A stretch of DNA of 64,000 nt from Raillietiella orientalis. Taxonomy: Eukaryota. Positions within the stretch are counted from its first letter, which is position 1, and the number at the start of each line of letters is the position of its first letter. Where the stretch lies: assembly GCA_036172245.1 (NCBI GenBank), contig JAYWIR010000008.1:620001-684000 (forward strand), in the 5' to 3' direction. Positions 39,380 to 52,569 of the stretch are shown here, piece by piece. Under the pieces are notes generated by a model that was not told where the DNA came from, did no database searches, and saw only the letters and a list, made by a program, of their open reading frames with translations. Position numbers and translations under genes: made by a program.

Positions 39380-42230
39380 TGAATTACCATTTCCGATGTC
39401 CGTCCATTTGGCCAAACGAGAAGAACAGTGTTGACAACTGAAGTATTGGGAATAGAATTCCGTTTCAACTGAAAGCCGTTTGGATACATTTTTTTCAGAC
39501 TCCCATCTTGTTGAAACATCAGTTTCATTTCTTATGAGTAAGCCGAGAGCGTCATTCAGAAGTCACTGTGACACATTGTCCTGAAGGTCAAGAAGATTGA
39601 TTACTTGGACTTGGAAAGATTTGATTTGCTTTTCAAATTCTAGGAGTGCATTTAATTGCTGCGTCACCACTTCGTGGTCGAAGAAATTATCACATTGAAA
39701 AGGGTCTGGACCCAATGGAATATGGAGTCTGTACTCTGGAATGGCTTTGGACGCATTTCAGTTTCCGGATATATTTCACGAGAAATAGCCATTTTTTTTT
39801 TTTTGATTGGGATCGGTTCGCTATCCCTTCGCCCCCACCTGCCCTCCTTCCGTAAAATCTACAGAAATACTCGAAAATCGTCTCGATTACTCTTTGGATC
39901 CCTGAGGTCCTCCTCACACATATCGAAATTGGCTCATCACTGGGAGCTTGTAAGCTGAGGTTTGGAGAAGATCAAAAAGTTTCTTCAATATATTGTGGTG
40001 AAAACTTAACGCTCGCATCTGCTTGTGCACGAGAGCGGAGCATGGTTCTTGGATGCTGGGAAAATGCCAAATGAGGCCAGAGATTTTCTAGTGATTCTTG
40101 GAGCCTGTTATCCAGACAGTCGTCGGATCTCAATGTGATAAACATTGATGGTTCCCGGACCCTCGTTTCATCACAAGAGACTGAAGAAAAATCCACATTC
40201 AAAGTCAGGCAGTTGTCAACAAAACTCGAGATTCCAATCACATCCTCCGACCTTTGTGTTCGCTTCCGGGCTGAGAATACCAGGCATCGTGGATCCCACC
40301 TCGAGACGGGCGAAGTTTCTGTGGGAACTCCTGCACGTGTTTTAGATGATGCTTTATCTCCGTCAGTTGTGAATTTCCACTTGAAAGAGCACAGGGAGTT
40401 GCTTCGACGTGTAGCTTTTCTCCTTCAGATGTTAAGCAATTCCGCTCCGTAATCTTCCCAAGATCGGAGAGCGCATGCAATGTGCTGATCTCCCCGATCA
40501 GAGGCTGCAAGAAAAAGCACTCCACAAGTCACTCCACTCAGAGCTTGAATTTTGGTCGCAGTTCCTGAGGCTCTTGCTTTGTCAGTCTGCGTCCATGTTT
40601 GCTCCGGGTTTGCTCTGGACCTAGGTCCAGAATCCACCTTGTTTTCACATGCTGTCCCCGAAACCCATGTTGAAGATCTGCTAGCACTTCTGAATGCCCC
40701 CCAAGCAAAGAGGGCTTTTACAGCATGGATTTTTTCTTCCGGATCGGACGTGGGTACTGAGGATAGTTCATCTAAGTGCTGACAGATGGGTGTCTTCTTT
40801 GGGTCTACTGAAACGTTTTTACACGATCCTTCATTGGCACGACTAGATCGCGCAGCATTTGCAGTCAGTCTGGGTCACAGATACCCGCCTCGCCTTCACC
40901 AAATGCAAAATCCCTACTTAAGAGAGAAAGATAAATTGGTAGCGTTACCTTCAGCCCTCGATGACAGTCTTCACAGGTCGGTTACTGAGAGGAAATTCGC
41001 ATGTTGGTGCTGGTGCAGGCGTCCGATTCCTTAGCAAAATCATTTTTTTTTTTTTTTCAAATTAATTTGGAAGGCAAAAATCAAGAAATGATCGAGAAGT
41101 AGTTTTTCAAATTACTTCTCAATCTTCCGTCGATCCTTGCATTCCTTTTGGGAGCTTGATTTCAATTTCCGCGACCACTACTTAGAAGACTGCTTCACAC
41201 ATCGTATCCAGCATTCAGCATCTCAACAGCGTCCCAAATGACGACTTTCAGGGTACGAACAAAGATGCTCCATTGACAATATTCAACCAGAAAATCGGTC
41301 TTTCTCGTAATCATCAAAGTCGTCATACATGTCTTTACTGTGCACAGCCCAGAAGAAAAATTTGCGTGCAATGTACAAGTACAACGTACCGCTGCATATG
41401 AACTGTAAGCACGAAGGTTCGTCTCGAGCTGTAAATGTGCTCATGACAGAGGAATTACATGTTTATGTAAGTAATCATCGAGACGCAAGATTGATCCCTT
41501 CTCTGAATTTCTTCTTGGCCAAAAGGCCGAGAGGCGATGCAATGAGGAACGATGCCTTGCTCTACGAATGGGGAATTTCTAAACCATGAGCACGCTGAAT
41601 CAGTTCTCACCGTACGAGTGAAATTCGAATCTTCGCTCAATAATCATTAGTCAAGCTAATTCGATTTTATACTAAGTAAACGCGCTCGAGACACGCTGAC
41701 AGCCGGCCGAGTTGTTTTCAGTTTTACTTCTTCCTCAGTGTTTTTTCCAACTCCTTTCGGCTTTTCTATTCTTCAGGGGTGCACACCTTTCGCAAATACT
41801 ACCGTTTCATGATTTATACAGTGTTTCACAATTCTGACTAATGCCACAGCGCGTCACTGTGACACACATTCAAGTTCCGAGTCAAAGTTCCCGAAATTGC
41901 TTTGAGGATTTTCTTCCTCGCTGTGCACGCACGTTAGCTGAAGTGTTTGATCTCTTGCTGCACTGCCTGCGTGTTTCGCGCACTTCCCGTTTGCTGACCC
42001 TCACTTCATTTCTGGTTGCAACAACGGGTTGCTTTTCCTTTTGTATGACCTTTGCACGGGTACACTTTTTGTTGTTCTTGTTCATCCCAAACCCCTCCTC
42101 TTTCTCTGTGCGTTTCTTTCACGGCAAGTTTCTCGCGAGCAGCATAGCCTCCAGATCTATATGGATGCAGAAGGATGCCAATCCCACTACATGACTGGTT
42201 TGTTGCTAACTAAGGAGAGTGGTTTGCAAG
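39380..42230 (-). pseudogene. Degenerate coding-like region, unidentified
   Basis: Long minus-strand protein-like frames with sparse stops, e.g. DNFFDHEVVTQQLNALLEFEKQIKSFQVQ (about 39600-39700) and 39972-40780, plus splice-like boundaries. No family recognised. Confidence 0.25.
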
Positions 42231-45200
42231 GAACTTCCTGGAGTGACCGGGTGAGAATACACGTGCTGGTCACACTCGTGAGTGCGTCGCGAGAGCTCGA
42301 GCGCGTGTAAACCAGGAAGACGGGAGGGAAAACCGTGCGATCCAGGAAAGCGACCAGAAGAAGCTCCTGGTCGACCCGGCGTTCGAATACTTTTGCAGAT
42401 CGACTGAGACCGCCGTCTCGACTCCGTGCAGCTTCCCTCTACCTGGCCGGCGGAGAATCTCCTATTCTCCAGGACGCTCGGCGCAACCCGCTGATGGTCA
42501 CGAAAACCATGTGCTGGAGAAGAACACGCTAGCCCCCACGTTTCCGGCCGAAACTCTTCGCTGGATAATCGCTAGGCAACAGCATCAGCAAGAGGCTCTC
42601 TCAAATCACGAGACAGCAAATACGCTTGGCAGTTCCCTCCTGACTGCGGCGCCTGTGGAATAATTGAATACGACTCTTGTCAAAAGCATAGTTTCAGTAC
42701 TGAAACAAGGTTTCATAGCTTCATCAACATGATGCCCATCAAGACCTCGGTAGTTGCGGTCGATACTTCAGCTGAATCTTTCTTGAAAAATATATACTTC
42801 GATCCCTTCAATCGAACTCAATAACCAAGATGTCCTTAATTTCTCTCTTTTTATTCCGTACTGATTCCCTATCGCATGGGACACAATAAGAATATAAGGT
42901 ATTGAGAGTTTTTTTTTTCTTTTTTTTTTTTAAAAAAAAAAACGATTCGTGTTTTGATATCTAATGAAATCTGATGACCAGAGCGAAAGTGAATTTTTTG
43001 AATTTTTCACTCCCGAAGAATTCAAAAACTTCATCTCAGGGATGAAAAGCCACAGCTCTCTCGTCGACGCCTTCGAAAATACTCATCCACGACGTATCCT
43101 CAAATGTCGCAAAAGAAAAAAACACCGACCAGCAATGGCAGGGTGCAATTTTATTAACGGCTAGGTCGCGACGCCGTCACAGAGGTACACAAGTTAAAGA
43201 ACTGTCAGGTGTTTCTGACCGTACAGAATAGGTCGGCACCTGACGTAAAGCATCGCAAATCCAACGCAGTATGGACATGTGTCGAGCGTGTGCCAAACAC
43301 ACACATTCATGTTTCCCTCCGCAGGGAGTTCGTCGGCATTACAAATCGGTCCAAGCACGCGTAGCTCTGATCCCGCGAGATGGACGTTTTGCAGTCCCAG
43401 ATGGGAACAAGCCGGGAGCTCCAGCATCCAGGAGCAGCAGCAGCCTCTTCCCTTGAAATGGAGACCGAGAAAAGCGACGCTGCCATTCAGAGAACGGGGA
43501 GACGAGAGAACACTCATATGATTCGATCATATGAGTCATATCGAACGACGTGTGGCCGCTCACACAACAACCACTTTTTCCCTTGAGGAGACGCAAGCGC
43601 TCACGTGCTCTGGTGACTTTCCCCATCCAACTTGGGTCTCCACGCATGCAACCTAAACGTGACCTGGAATTTTCCCTATGCGAGAGGGAGCGACGCGCAG
43701 GTCACACTCACTTTAATTCAGCCGGTATTCGTTACCCAAAAGTGCATAAAAGCTCATTCCCGGGAATCACTCTGCACAGCATCCCAATCGCCCTCTCATG
43801 CAAACGTTGGGTTGGACCTTCCCTTTTTTTTTTTTTATTACGAATTTTCGGGGAAGCAAACAAGATTCCGTGTGTGTCCACGAATCCTTTGCTTACCAGA
43901 TTTGCCGTCCAGAGAACGCCGGTCCCAATCAATATCTGCACAGCCACCCGGGTAAGAGACCCACCGTAATTACCAAATCCTCCTTTTTCCGCTCGCATAA
44001 CAACGATGGATAATGAAAGTGGTGAACTGAAAGATCAGACCGGAGGTTTCGCAAAGATCCTGGAAAAAGAAAAAAGAAAAGAAGGCTTTTACTTCTCTGG
44101 ATCCTTCCTCGACCTGCACATTCTCAGGAAAAGGAGGGGAGGAGGCCGGGGGGGGGGGCAACGACTACATTGCTTGGGTTAGAATCTTGGTCTCGCAAGC
44201 ACCGTAATTCCAATCGGATGCACAACCGGGCAAACATTGCTATTCTTGGATTTTCATCTTCCCGTGAAAATGTCCCCCCCCCCCCCCCAACACGCTATCC
44301 ACTGCTTCATTTCCACGAGTTGTACTTTTGAGGACGAAATCCAAAAACGAGACCCAATTACTCGTTTTCTAGACGTTGGCCTCCTTTCCGAACCTTTAGT
44401 GGGTTTTCAAGTTGAACAAACGTGCAGAATTCTTCTTTCATTCAATGCAGTTCCGGAAGCCTTTTCTATGAATTCCTTATGAATGGGAGCACACGGCTTT
44501 AACTTCCGCAGTTACATGATGTACCGTTCAAACCCCTCTACGTTCTATTCGAGTTTCTACACTCCCAGTCGATGGGGAAGCGCCATCAAATGTCAGGTGA
44601 GAAACGAATCCTTGAGGTTTACGTGGCACACAAAAGTAAGGCGCTTTTTTTGTTGTTGTTTTTTTCTGGCTACTTCGAAGCAGAAGACCCTTATAGTAGG
44701 AAAACTGAAAAACCATGAAACATTTACACTCTGAGTAGGCAGCACGAAAACGGCAACTTCTCGGGCGCTGAGTTTTGGCTAAAAACGGGTTATGTGACAA
44801 AAACACTCATTCAAAAACTGCCGTATTCCGATCCACAGTTTTGGAATGGCGGGAACGAATGAGCTTACAACCTGAAATGCACGTCTCCCAAGCCCAAACA
44901 CCAAATGTCTTCGGCACAATCCGAGAACCGAGCAGCACTACTTAAAAACAGTCTGAATTCGCACATAGTGGGAATACATATTGGGGGCATCGCGTCGCAC
45001 TAAAGTTCCTTTCAATAAGGTGATTAAGAAATCACGTGCTGAAAATAAAAACAAATGAAGGCACGAACTCCATGTATTATAAACTGACATTTTCATAAAA
45101 TCGATTGGCAACGTTAATGAATGTTTTGGAATGATTTTGAGGAGTGAACACTCGTCCAGTTCCGTCCTTTTTTTCCCAAGGAGTGCTCAGATTCCATTAA

Positions 45201-45585
45201 ATGCCTTTTTCCAACACTGAGTAATCACAGGAAATCAGAAAATGGCAACGATAACGAGGTTAATACGAATGCCCTCGAGTTCATTTGAATACATGCTATT
45301 GAATCTCTTGCGTGACAAGAATATCATCCTTTTTATTACGATTTATCTCAAAATGAATAATAACTGTAATGCAAACACAACCTTCATAAGCTATCTCTTA
45401 TTTAGATAACAAGGTCATGGCAATTTCATCTCTCCTAATGACAAGTTACAATTCCTTAAAGAAACCATTATAATCACTTTTTGTATTTGGGAGGTTTCAG
45501 CTCCACATATACACCTCAATTTTCAGGTGACAGTCATAATAATCTCAGCAAATCTGAGAAAACCTTTAAGAAATAAAACAAGAAT

Positions 45586-48500
45586 TCACAGGGTGGTGAG
45601 ATCTGTCATGGAGAAATTACTGTCCTGCATCATTTTATCATCTTGAACATTGTGCACATCATCTACTATGGATAACTACAAATGAAAAGAATGACGCAAT
45701 CAAACAATACCTGATTGCCACCTTGTAGAAAAGTATCGCAAGTTAAGATTTGAACCTGCATTATTATCAGATAAAAAAGTGGCTAACAAAAGACTCCAAA
45801 GTACAAGAAAAGCACCAAAAATGAATGGAGGTCCAGGTGTAATCTAATGAGAAAAGAATGCAATCAAGGAAAAATGAGTGAAGTTACCTGTGTAAAATCA
45901 TAGTAGTTAGATAGCTTGGTTGTATCTGCTGAGTTACTGGGCTTTCCAGATTGTTGCATAGGTGACTTCTCATTCAGATCAACATGAAAAATGTAGAAAA
46001 TGTAACCAAACATTGCTGGACCCAAACCATTGCACAGCCCACGAATACCAGTAACTAAACCTTGTACTAAACCTATAAAATGCACACAAAATATGAGAAA
46101 AAAAGAATCAACAAAGTGATTTGTTTAACTTTAAAATACACTGAGCCTGCATAAAGGAGATAATTAAAACTGATTACTATGAGGTACCAAGTTTGCAGAA
46201 ACAGCACTGACCAAACTGATACTATACACAATTTTTTTTTTTTTTTAATGCAGTCTCCATGGAAGATGCACTTAGAGTATGGACTCTTAAATAACTTCCT
46301 GGAAGATATTCCAAGCAAAAGACACATAAACATCAACATTCCACTCCACTGACATCCTAGAATTACATTTACCTTGTTTGCCAGCATCAGCATGAGTTGA
46401 GACAAAAGCTGATATTGCAGGATATGTGATGCTGGACACAGAAGCCAGAATAGCAGCAGACCACATCATCCTGAAGAAAGCTGAATTTCAATGCGTTACA
46501 TGTCTATATTTACCATGTCTCTGAACCTAAACCATACCACAACAACTGCAGCATTTCAAAAAAAAGTCCAACTAAAATTGTGTGCTTACAGCCTAAGGTG
46601 CGTATCAAAATTCGAAGTATGACTGTCTGTGCCAAAACGGACAATACCCCTAACATGGCAATAAAAGTGGCAACTTCCTCTGATGAGAAACCAATGACCT
46701 GAAACAAATAAGGACTCACTTTTCACATACACTCACCAGCTTGAGGTAGACAAAAAAACAAGAATATTGGCCTGCTTCAGGGAGATAGGAGAGAAATACA
46801 GTGACACAAAGTAGCAAGATAGTGGAATCCATTTTGATTTGTCGTAGTGCCTACAAAGAAGTCAACTATTCTCACTTAGAGTTCTTACCTGAAATGGATC
46901 AGCCTGTTCCCAAGAGATTTCCCAATTCTGACATGCTGAATACAATTTCCTGGGCAATGACTCTGGAACAGCAATAAGTATGAACAGAACATCAAACAGA
47001 GCCACTGCTGTAGCCAAAGTGACAACAAAGCTGCTTCCATATATACTATCCAGATATGCACCCAGGGCAGGGCTAATGATGAGACTTGCAGCAAATGTTG
47101 CTGAGACCTATTACATATAATATGCATCATAAAGTGAAACATCTCTTCTTACTAGTCCATAAGCAGAGCTTCTCTCTTGTTCATGAGTAATGTCAGCTAC
47201 ATATGCAAATACTACAGAAAACGTAACAGTAAAAATCCCAGAAATTGAGATCATTGCAAAATACCACCTGCAAAGGAAATTAAGGTGTATGTGAATCAAC
47301 ATGAGAAAGATGCATACCATGGATTAATCAAAAGAAGTGGTATTGGGGAACATGTAAAAAACACAGTTAGAAGAAGAAAATATTTTCTACCCCAGACATC
47401 TGAGAGAGCACCAATAAGTGGAGCACTTAAAAATGATAGGAAGCCCTAAGAAAGGAATATAAAATTGTTTTTTGGTTAATCAAGTAGCACTTACTTTTGT
47501 GCCAACAATAATTCCATTCATCAGAAATGTATGATCAGGAAATGTAACGTTCAACACCTATGCCAATGGAATAAACCAAGTATAATTTGATTAAAAATGT
47601 TTGCTCATTCCAACTACTTCAATACAATTTATTTTATTCAGTGAAATTATAAGGAATGCAATCTGTCAGCCAACTTTTAATTGCATGTTTCTTCCAGTAA
47701 AGTATCCACATTATTGAGTATAGCTGCATATTTACTTATAAGAAAAACTCAAATGCTGCTGAGATAATACTTTCCTGGAAGTTATTCAAGACATTGGCCA
47801 ATCACACACACCCTCAGAAAATATAAAATGTCCATGCAAACATCAGTAAATATAGTATTAAAAAAAAATTAATTGCATATCTCATTTTTACATATGCTTT
47901 CCTAACTTTCAGCACTTCTAATTTTCATTCATTTGTCACAAGTCTTTCAATGATGCATCTCAATGTGTTTAAATTAATTATCAGAAAGATTTAGGCCATG
48001 TTTTTGTTACTTTCTAGTTCTAGTTTTACTTCCATCATTAATTACATAAAAAGTAAAACCAATTTAATACTGTATAAAATAATAGCAAATGGAACTGCTA
48101 TAAATCCAAATGCTGAACATAAAGCAAATAAATGAGTTACTGCTGAATTTAATAATTATGTTGCACAAGTTTCAAATCAAAGGCGCTGCTTCTTGTCAGA
48201 GCATATGGAAACAAAACAAATTTATGCTACACATGTATCAGAATGTGTTAGAAACATGTCAGCAAAAACAGACACTCAAAACAACAGAACTGACCTATGG
48301 TAAAAAGCAGGAATTTGCAAATATGAACAGTACAGAAACGATAGAGTGTAGTAATGCGAGTCAGAATCCTTAAATATTATCAGAATGAAACCCACATCAA
48401 ATAAGTTTGTTTGCATTAATGCCATAAAAGTCAGTGAAGTAATGTCAAGCAACAGCAAAAGTCATTCAAAGATTGGGAACACAAGATCTAATTATAACTG

Positions 48501-49626
48501 TATTTCAAAAAAGGAGAACTTATGTTTCAACATTTTCAATTTAGGGACAATGACTCAACCATGATTTGAAATGAAAACTCACATTCATTGCTCAACTATT
48601 CATCTGCCCTTTACTTTCACTGGATCAATGTTATTCAAGAGAGGATTTGGTTTATAATGAAACAAAATTTCTTTAACAACAGAATGGCTTGTAAAAGTAC
48701 AAGACAAACAAATTGGGGTTCAGTTACCAAAAAAACAAAAAAGGGGCTGGATGGCAATCAATCTTGAAATTCAAACACCAATCCTAATCAAAAACTGGTA
48801 CAAAGTGCATATCTGTAACAAATATGATAAACAAATATATTTCAATCCAATAAGGCAGAAATCAGGATACTGTGAATAGTCCTGAGCTGAGTTTTTCTAC
48901 ATCACAGAACTAGTTTCTTTAGATCTAGGTTTTTCTTCCATGCTAGCTTCCATATAAAGATGCATTATAAATAATGCACTATTGCTCTTTTCAATTGGAA
49001 CAATTAATGTTCTTTTGTATGATTTTTAACAGCAACCTCTCAACTTCTTTTCAAACTCCTTTTCAAGCATCCATTTGGGTAATATTTTTCCTTGCAGCTC
49101 TTCTTTGCAGTTTTTGAATACCTTTCCAGGGGATAATACAATAAAGTAAGAATTGTGTCCATCCATAGTTGCTGCTAAAAGAGAACTTCTCATGTCCCAA
49201 TTTGTGAGAATCATGGGGCTTTAAAGACTTACCAAATCTAATAACAATACCTAATCATATCCATGAAAATTAATGGAAAAAAAAAAATTCACGTTCAATT
49301 TGCTTAATATTTCAAATTAAAGTCACAAATAACGCATGGGAAAAATGGTAGACAAAATAAAATCTTCTAAACGTCTATAATTAGAAATGCTTACTATTTG
49401 AAAATTGCAAATTACACACGTTAACAAGACATGCTGTTGCTTCCCTCTCCTTTACTTTCCCTACTGCATGTAAATATTTGACACATACGCAAAAGTAAAT
49501 AAAACATATTAATTCTTGAATCTGGCTTACAGAAATCATGGGCGATGTTAACAATCCCCAGGCGAAAAATTCCAGAAAAATGATGGTCATTGCATGATAC
49601 ACGGATGGCTGTTCAGAATCAAACAT
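45586..49626 (-). CDS. MFSD14A: Hippocampus abundant transcript 1 / MFSD14 major facilitator superfamily transporter, about 470 aa, 11 coding exons
   Basis: Exons 49531-49626, 47495-47557, 47318-47445, 47153-47267, 46889-47107, 46737-46850, 46514-46698, 46373-46470, 45888-46072, 45711-45843 and 45586-45662 join in frame (1413 nt). Motifs: PSVYHAMTIIFLEFFAWGLL, LSAPLIGALSDVWGRK, FSVVFAYVADIT, SYLPEAGQYSCFFVYL, GIRGLCNGLGPAMFG, PGPPFIFGA. A short upstream coding exon is possible. Confidence 0.95.
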
Positions 49627-50279
49627 CTAGGAGACAATGAAAGTATGTACAGAAAATTCGATAAAATTACTTTGCAATATAATATGGTACTGATATCTGA
49701 AATGATCTATATTGGAAAAGTGATGGTGACGAGCATCATTCATGTGTGGTTTCCTCACATTTTCCTCATAGTATTTGGTTTGGTGATGTCCCCAACTATA
49801 CATGAAAAATCTTGCACTTTTTAACGATGTCACACATGCTAATGCTTTCATAAAAAGTGTTGCTTAAAGACGAAAAAATGCACATTTTTCGGTCTCATTA
49901 TAGCAAAAAAAAAAAACACCCATATAATTCCAAGTCTGAAATTACTTATGCACAGTTGCACTGCTTTCTGCGACTGAAGACACTACGCTTCTAAATTAAC
50001 ACTTTCCTTCTTGCACTACTTGGGGATCTTCATGACATGCATAAAACCAATTCCCTCACAAAAAAAAAACGGAAGGAAAAAAAACGCATCTCCGAGTTCC
50101 AAATAAACGTTTCCAAAGCATTCACCAATCGGGGCTCATGTTTTCTTAACTAAACACTGGCAATGTTACATGCTGTGTTCTCCCCGCTATTTTTTTTGTT
50201 TTTGTTTTTTTGTTTTCTGTTTTTCATTAACAAAACGAAACCTTCGGCCTAACCAAACAGTGATCAGATGAAACGAAAT

Positions 50280-51420
50280 CGGTAGAATATTCGAAAGAGG
50301 CTGCAACTTTCGAGTTGCAACCGTTTCATCAGTTGTTTCATCAACGTCGCTTCCCCAGCTGCCTCAAGGATTAGTTTTTTATTTCCTTGTGGGATCCAGG
50401 CAGAGATCAGAGGGCCCATCCTCCTTCCTCTCCACTGGGATGCCAGAAGCAATTAATGCAATGGACAAATTAATTAGCGACTTAAATCGCATCTCAGTCA
50501 ATACCTTATTGTTAAGCCAACATTGCTCTGCCGATTGGTGTAAATACATTGCTCTGCCGTTTCGAAAAGTGTGATGGGGTATTTTGTCTTGATGAAAAGT
50601 TTTGACAGCTTCATTACAGCTGCATAGAAAACACGTGTCAGCTCAATAGGCACACACGGTGATGTAATGCACCTGAAAATGCAAAATGGTTTCCAAATGT
50701 TTAACAAATTACTTACTTTCGGGCGGCATTCTAAAGTGGCAAAATCAAAGCCTAGTATTGAGTCCGTTATTTTTTTAACAATTAAATCATCTGTGTCATC
50801 AAGGTTAATGCATGAATATTCTGAAGGGTCAGATTTGCTGAGAGAAACAGCTGCTAAACATGATGGGTTCATCCCCATCAGGAATTTTTCAAAAAAAACA
50901 AAGGACGACTCTTTTGGGTGACTGCTACAGGAAGAGATCATTGCATGAAGGATTTCTTTTCAACAGTTTCTGAGGGAAACAAACAAGACAAAATTTGGAA
51001 ATGAAGCTGACCTTGTGAATTAAGTTGTTATGATTACGAAAGACTTCAATTCAAGGCAGCACCCTCAAAAAAGTGATGTCCACAGAAAACAAAAAAAGCA
51101 TACAAAATTCCCTCGCTTCTATGAAATGCCCTTGCTTGAGTAGCAAGATGGGAAACTCCCTAATCTTTCGGGGAGTTTGAAGTGGCATTGTCCGTGCCTT
51201 AAAGTGAAGATCTGAAAACGTCTGCTACTGAGTCGAATCACACAGGGAAGGTTAATGAGACCTTTGTAGCAGAAACTGATATTTTCGAGTGCACAAGCAA
51301 GTAGTCCTAGCAAAGATTAACTAATGCAGCATTTGGATCTGGTTGGAAGTCTTCTGATCGGTAACTCGTCATTCGAAAGCGTGAGGAGTATTGTCAATAG
51401 AAGCACTCCTGATTCTATGA
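50280..51420 (-). pseudogene. WARS2: Decayed mitochondrial tryptophanyl-tRNA synthetase (WARS2-like) pseudogene
   Basis: LSKSDPSEYSCINLDDTDDLIVKKITDS...RPKVSNLLNI (about 50700-50845) matches the bacterial-type TrpRS KMSKS region. An upstream GLLA...CYK remnant matches the GLLTYP...LLYK position. Multiple stops and frameshifts; no HIGH motif found. Confidence 0.55.
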
Positions 51421-52569
51421 AAAACCATCATTCCATCGACACTGTTCTCTCATGTGTAAAAAAGCTGCATTCTGATTGAACATCTTTCACGAACATGCTA
51501 CAACAGTTTGTACCTGCAAAAGCTGCGAGAACAGAATTTGTGAAGGCAGGTTCCATGTCGCAGAGTGCTGCCTTCTAAAGGATGAAAAGTTGGCGGCCTC
51601 ATCTTGGTCTTCTCCTGAGGAGAGATGTTTTTTTAGCAAAATTCAGAAGAATTGGTGAAGATCACCTGATTACTTAGTTATCATATTCCCTGCTGAACTT
51701 TTCCCCATGAGGATAATCAAAGACATGGAGCATTAAACATAGCATCGCTTTTCATAGGCATGTAAGTTAAGCTCATCCATCGCATGGAAACCATCTGTTG
51801 TTAGGATTCAGTTATTGGCAGAAACGGAAAACTGGGCTCTGGGGGGTGTTCTGCCCTTGACCGAATAGTCTGCAGTCCCCAGTGCCTCCTCCTGCACCGT
51901 CTTCGACCGGCGCTGCAAAAGTGCCGGTTCGGCGCACATGAGAGCCGAACGGAAGCGCGTGACCAGCCGGGTGGCCAGAGTGTGCATTTCGCTCTTCAGC
52001 TGTCAAAAAAATGGAAAGAAAGGAAAGACGGATTCCTCGATAGTAAGCAAAAGAGAGGCAGTTCTCACCGACGCCGCAAGCTCATGTGAACACAAAGGTG
52101 TTTTTTTTTTTAAAAAAAAAAAAAAAAAAACTCGAGAAGTGCAGTCATAGACATTCCTGAAATTTCTGAGCTGGGGGTTCCATGAGGAACGATAGACGGA
52201 TAGCCATGCTCCCCAAGGCTGGTTTTGCCAAGCGGAATTTTGCCCGGTTCTCGTTCCTCCAGGAGAGACCAATCACAATTTTAATGCGGCTACGCGGAGC
52301 AAACATGGCGTTGTGGAGTACACTGGGGGAGTGACACTGCCTCGGCATCGTCGCTGCAGCAAAGGGCTCCCCTGAGCCGCGCATGGTCCCGGGTAGCTGT
52401 CACACCCTAGCCACAGCACCGCCTTCCCTTGGCGCCCTAACGATGACAGCAACTAACCGGCGGGGTGAGACCTCTCCTGAACGACTAGCAGAAGTCGAGA
52501 AACTCCTGCACGGTAGCAAGGGGAGTGCGTTGGTGAAGGGCGCCACTACCTGTTCCCGAGCGATGCTAC

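Noticed and set aside
39316..39528. QQDGSLKKMYPNG resembling CENPJ/TCP10 G-box repeats
   Set aside because: Single weak repeat, and another frame is equally protein-like.
42310..43600. Open frames with kelch-like (LYLAGG) or TBC-like hints
   Set aside because: Motifs too short and not repeated; no consistent splice chain.
44755..44785. CTTCTCGG...TTTTGGCTAA resembling the U2 snRNA 5' end
   Set aside because: Interrupted and too short; no branch-point pairing region or Sm site follows.
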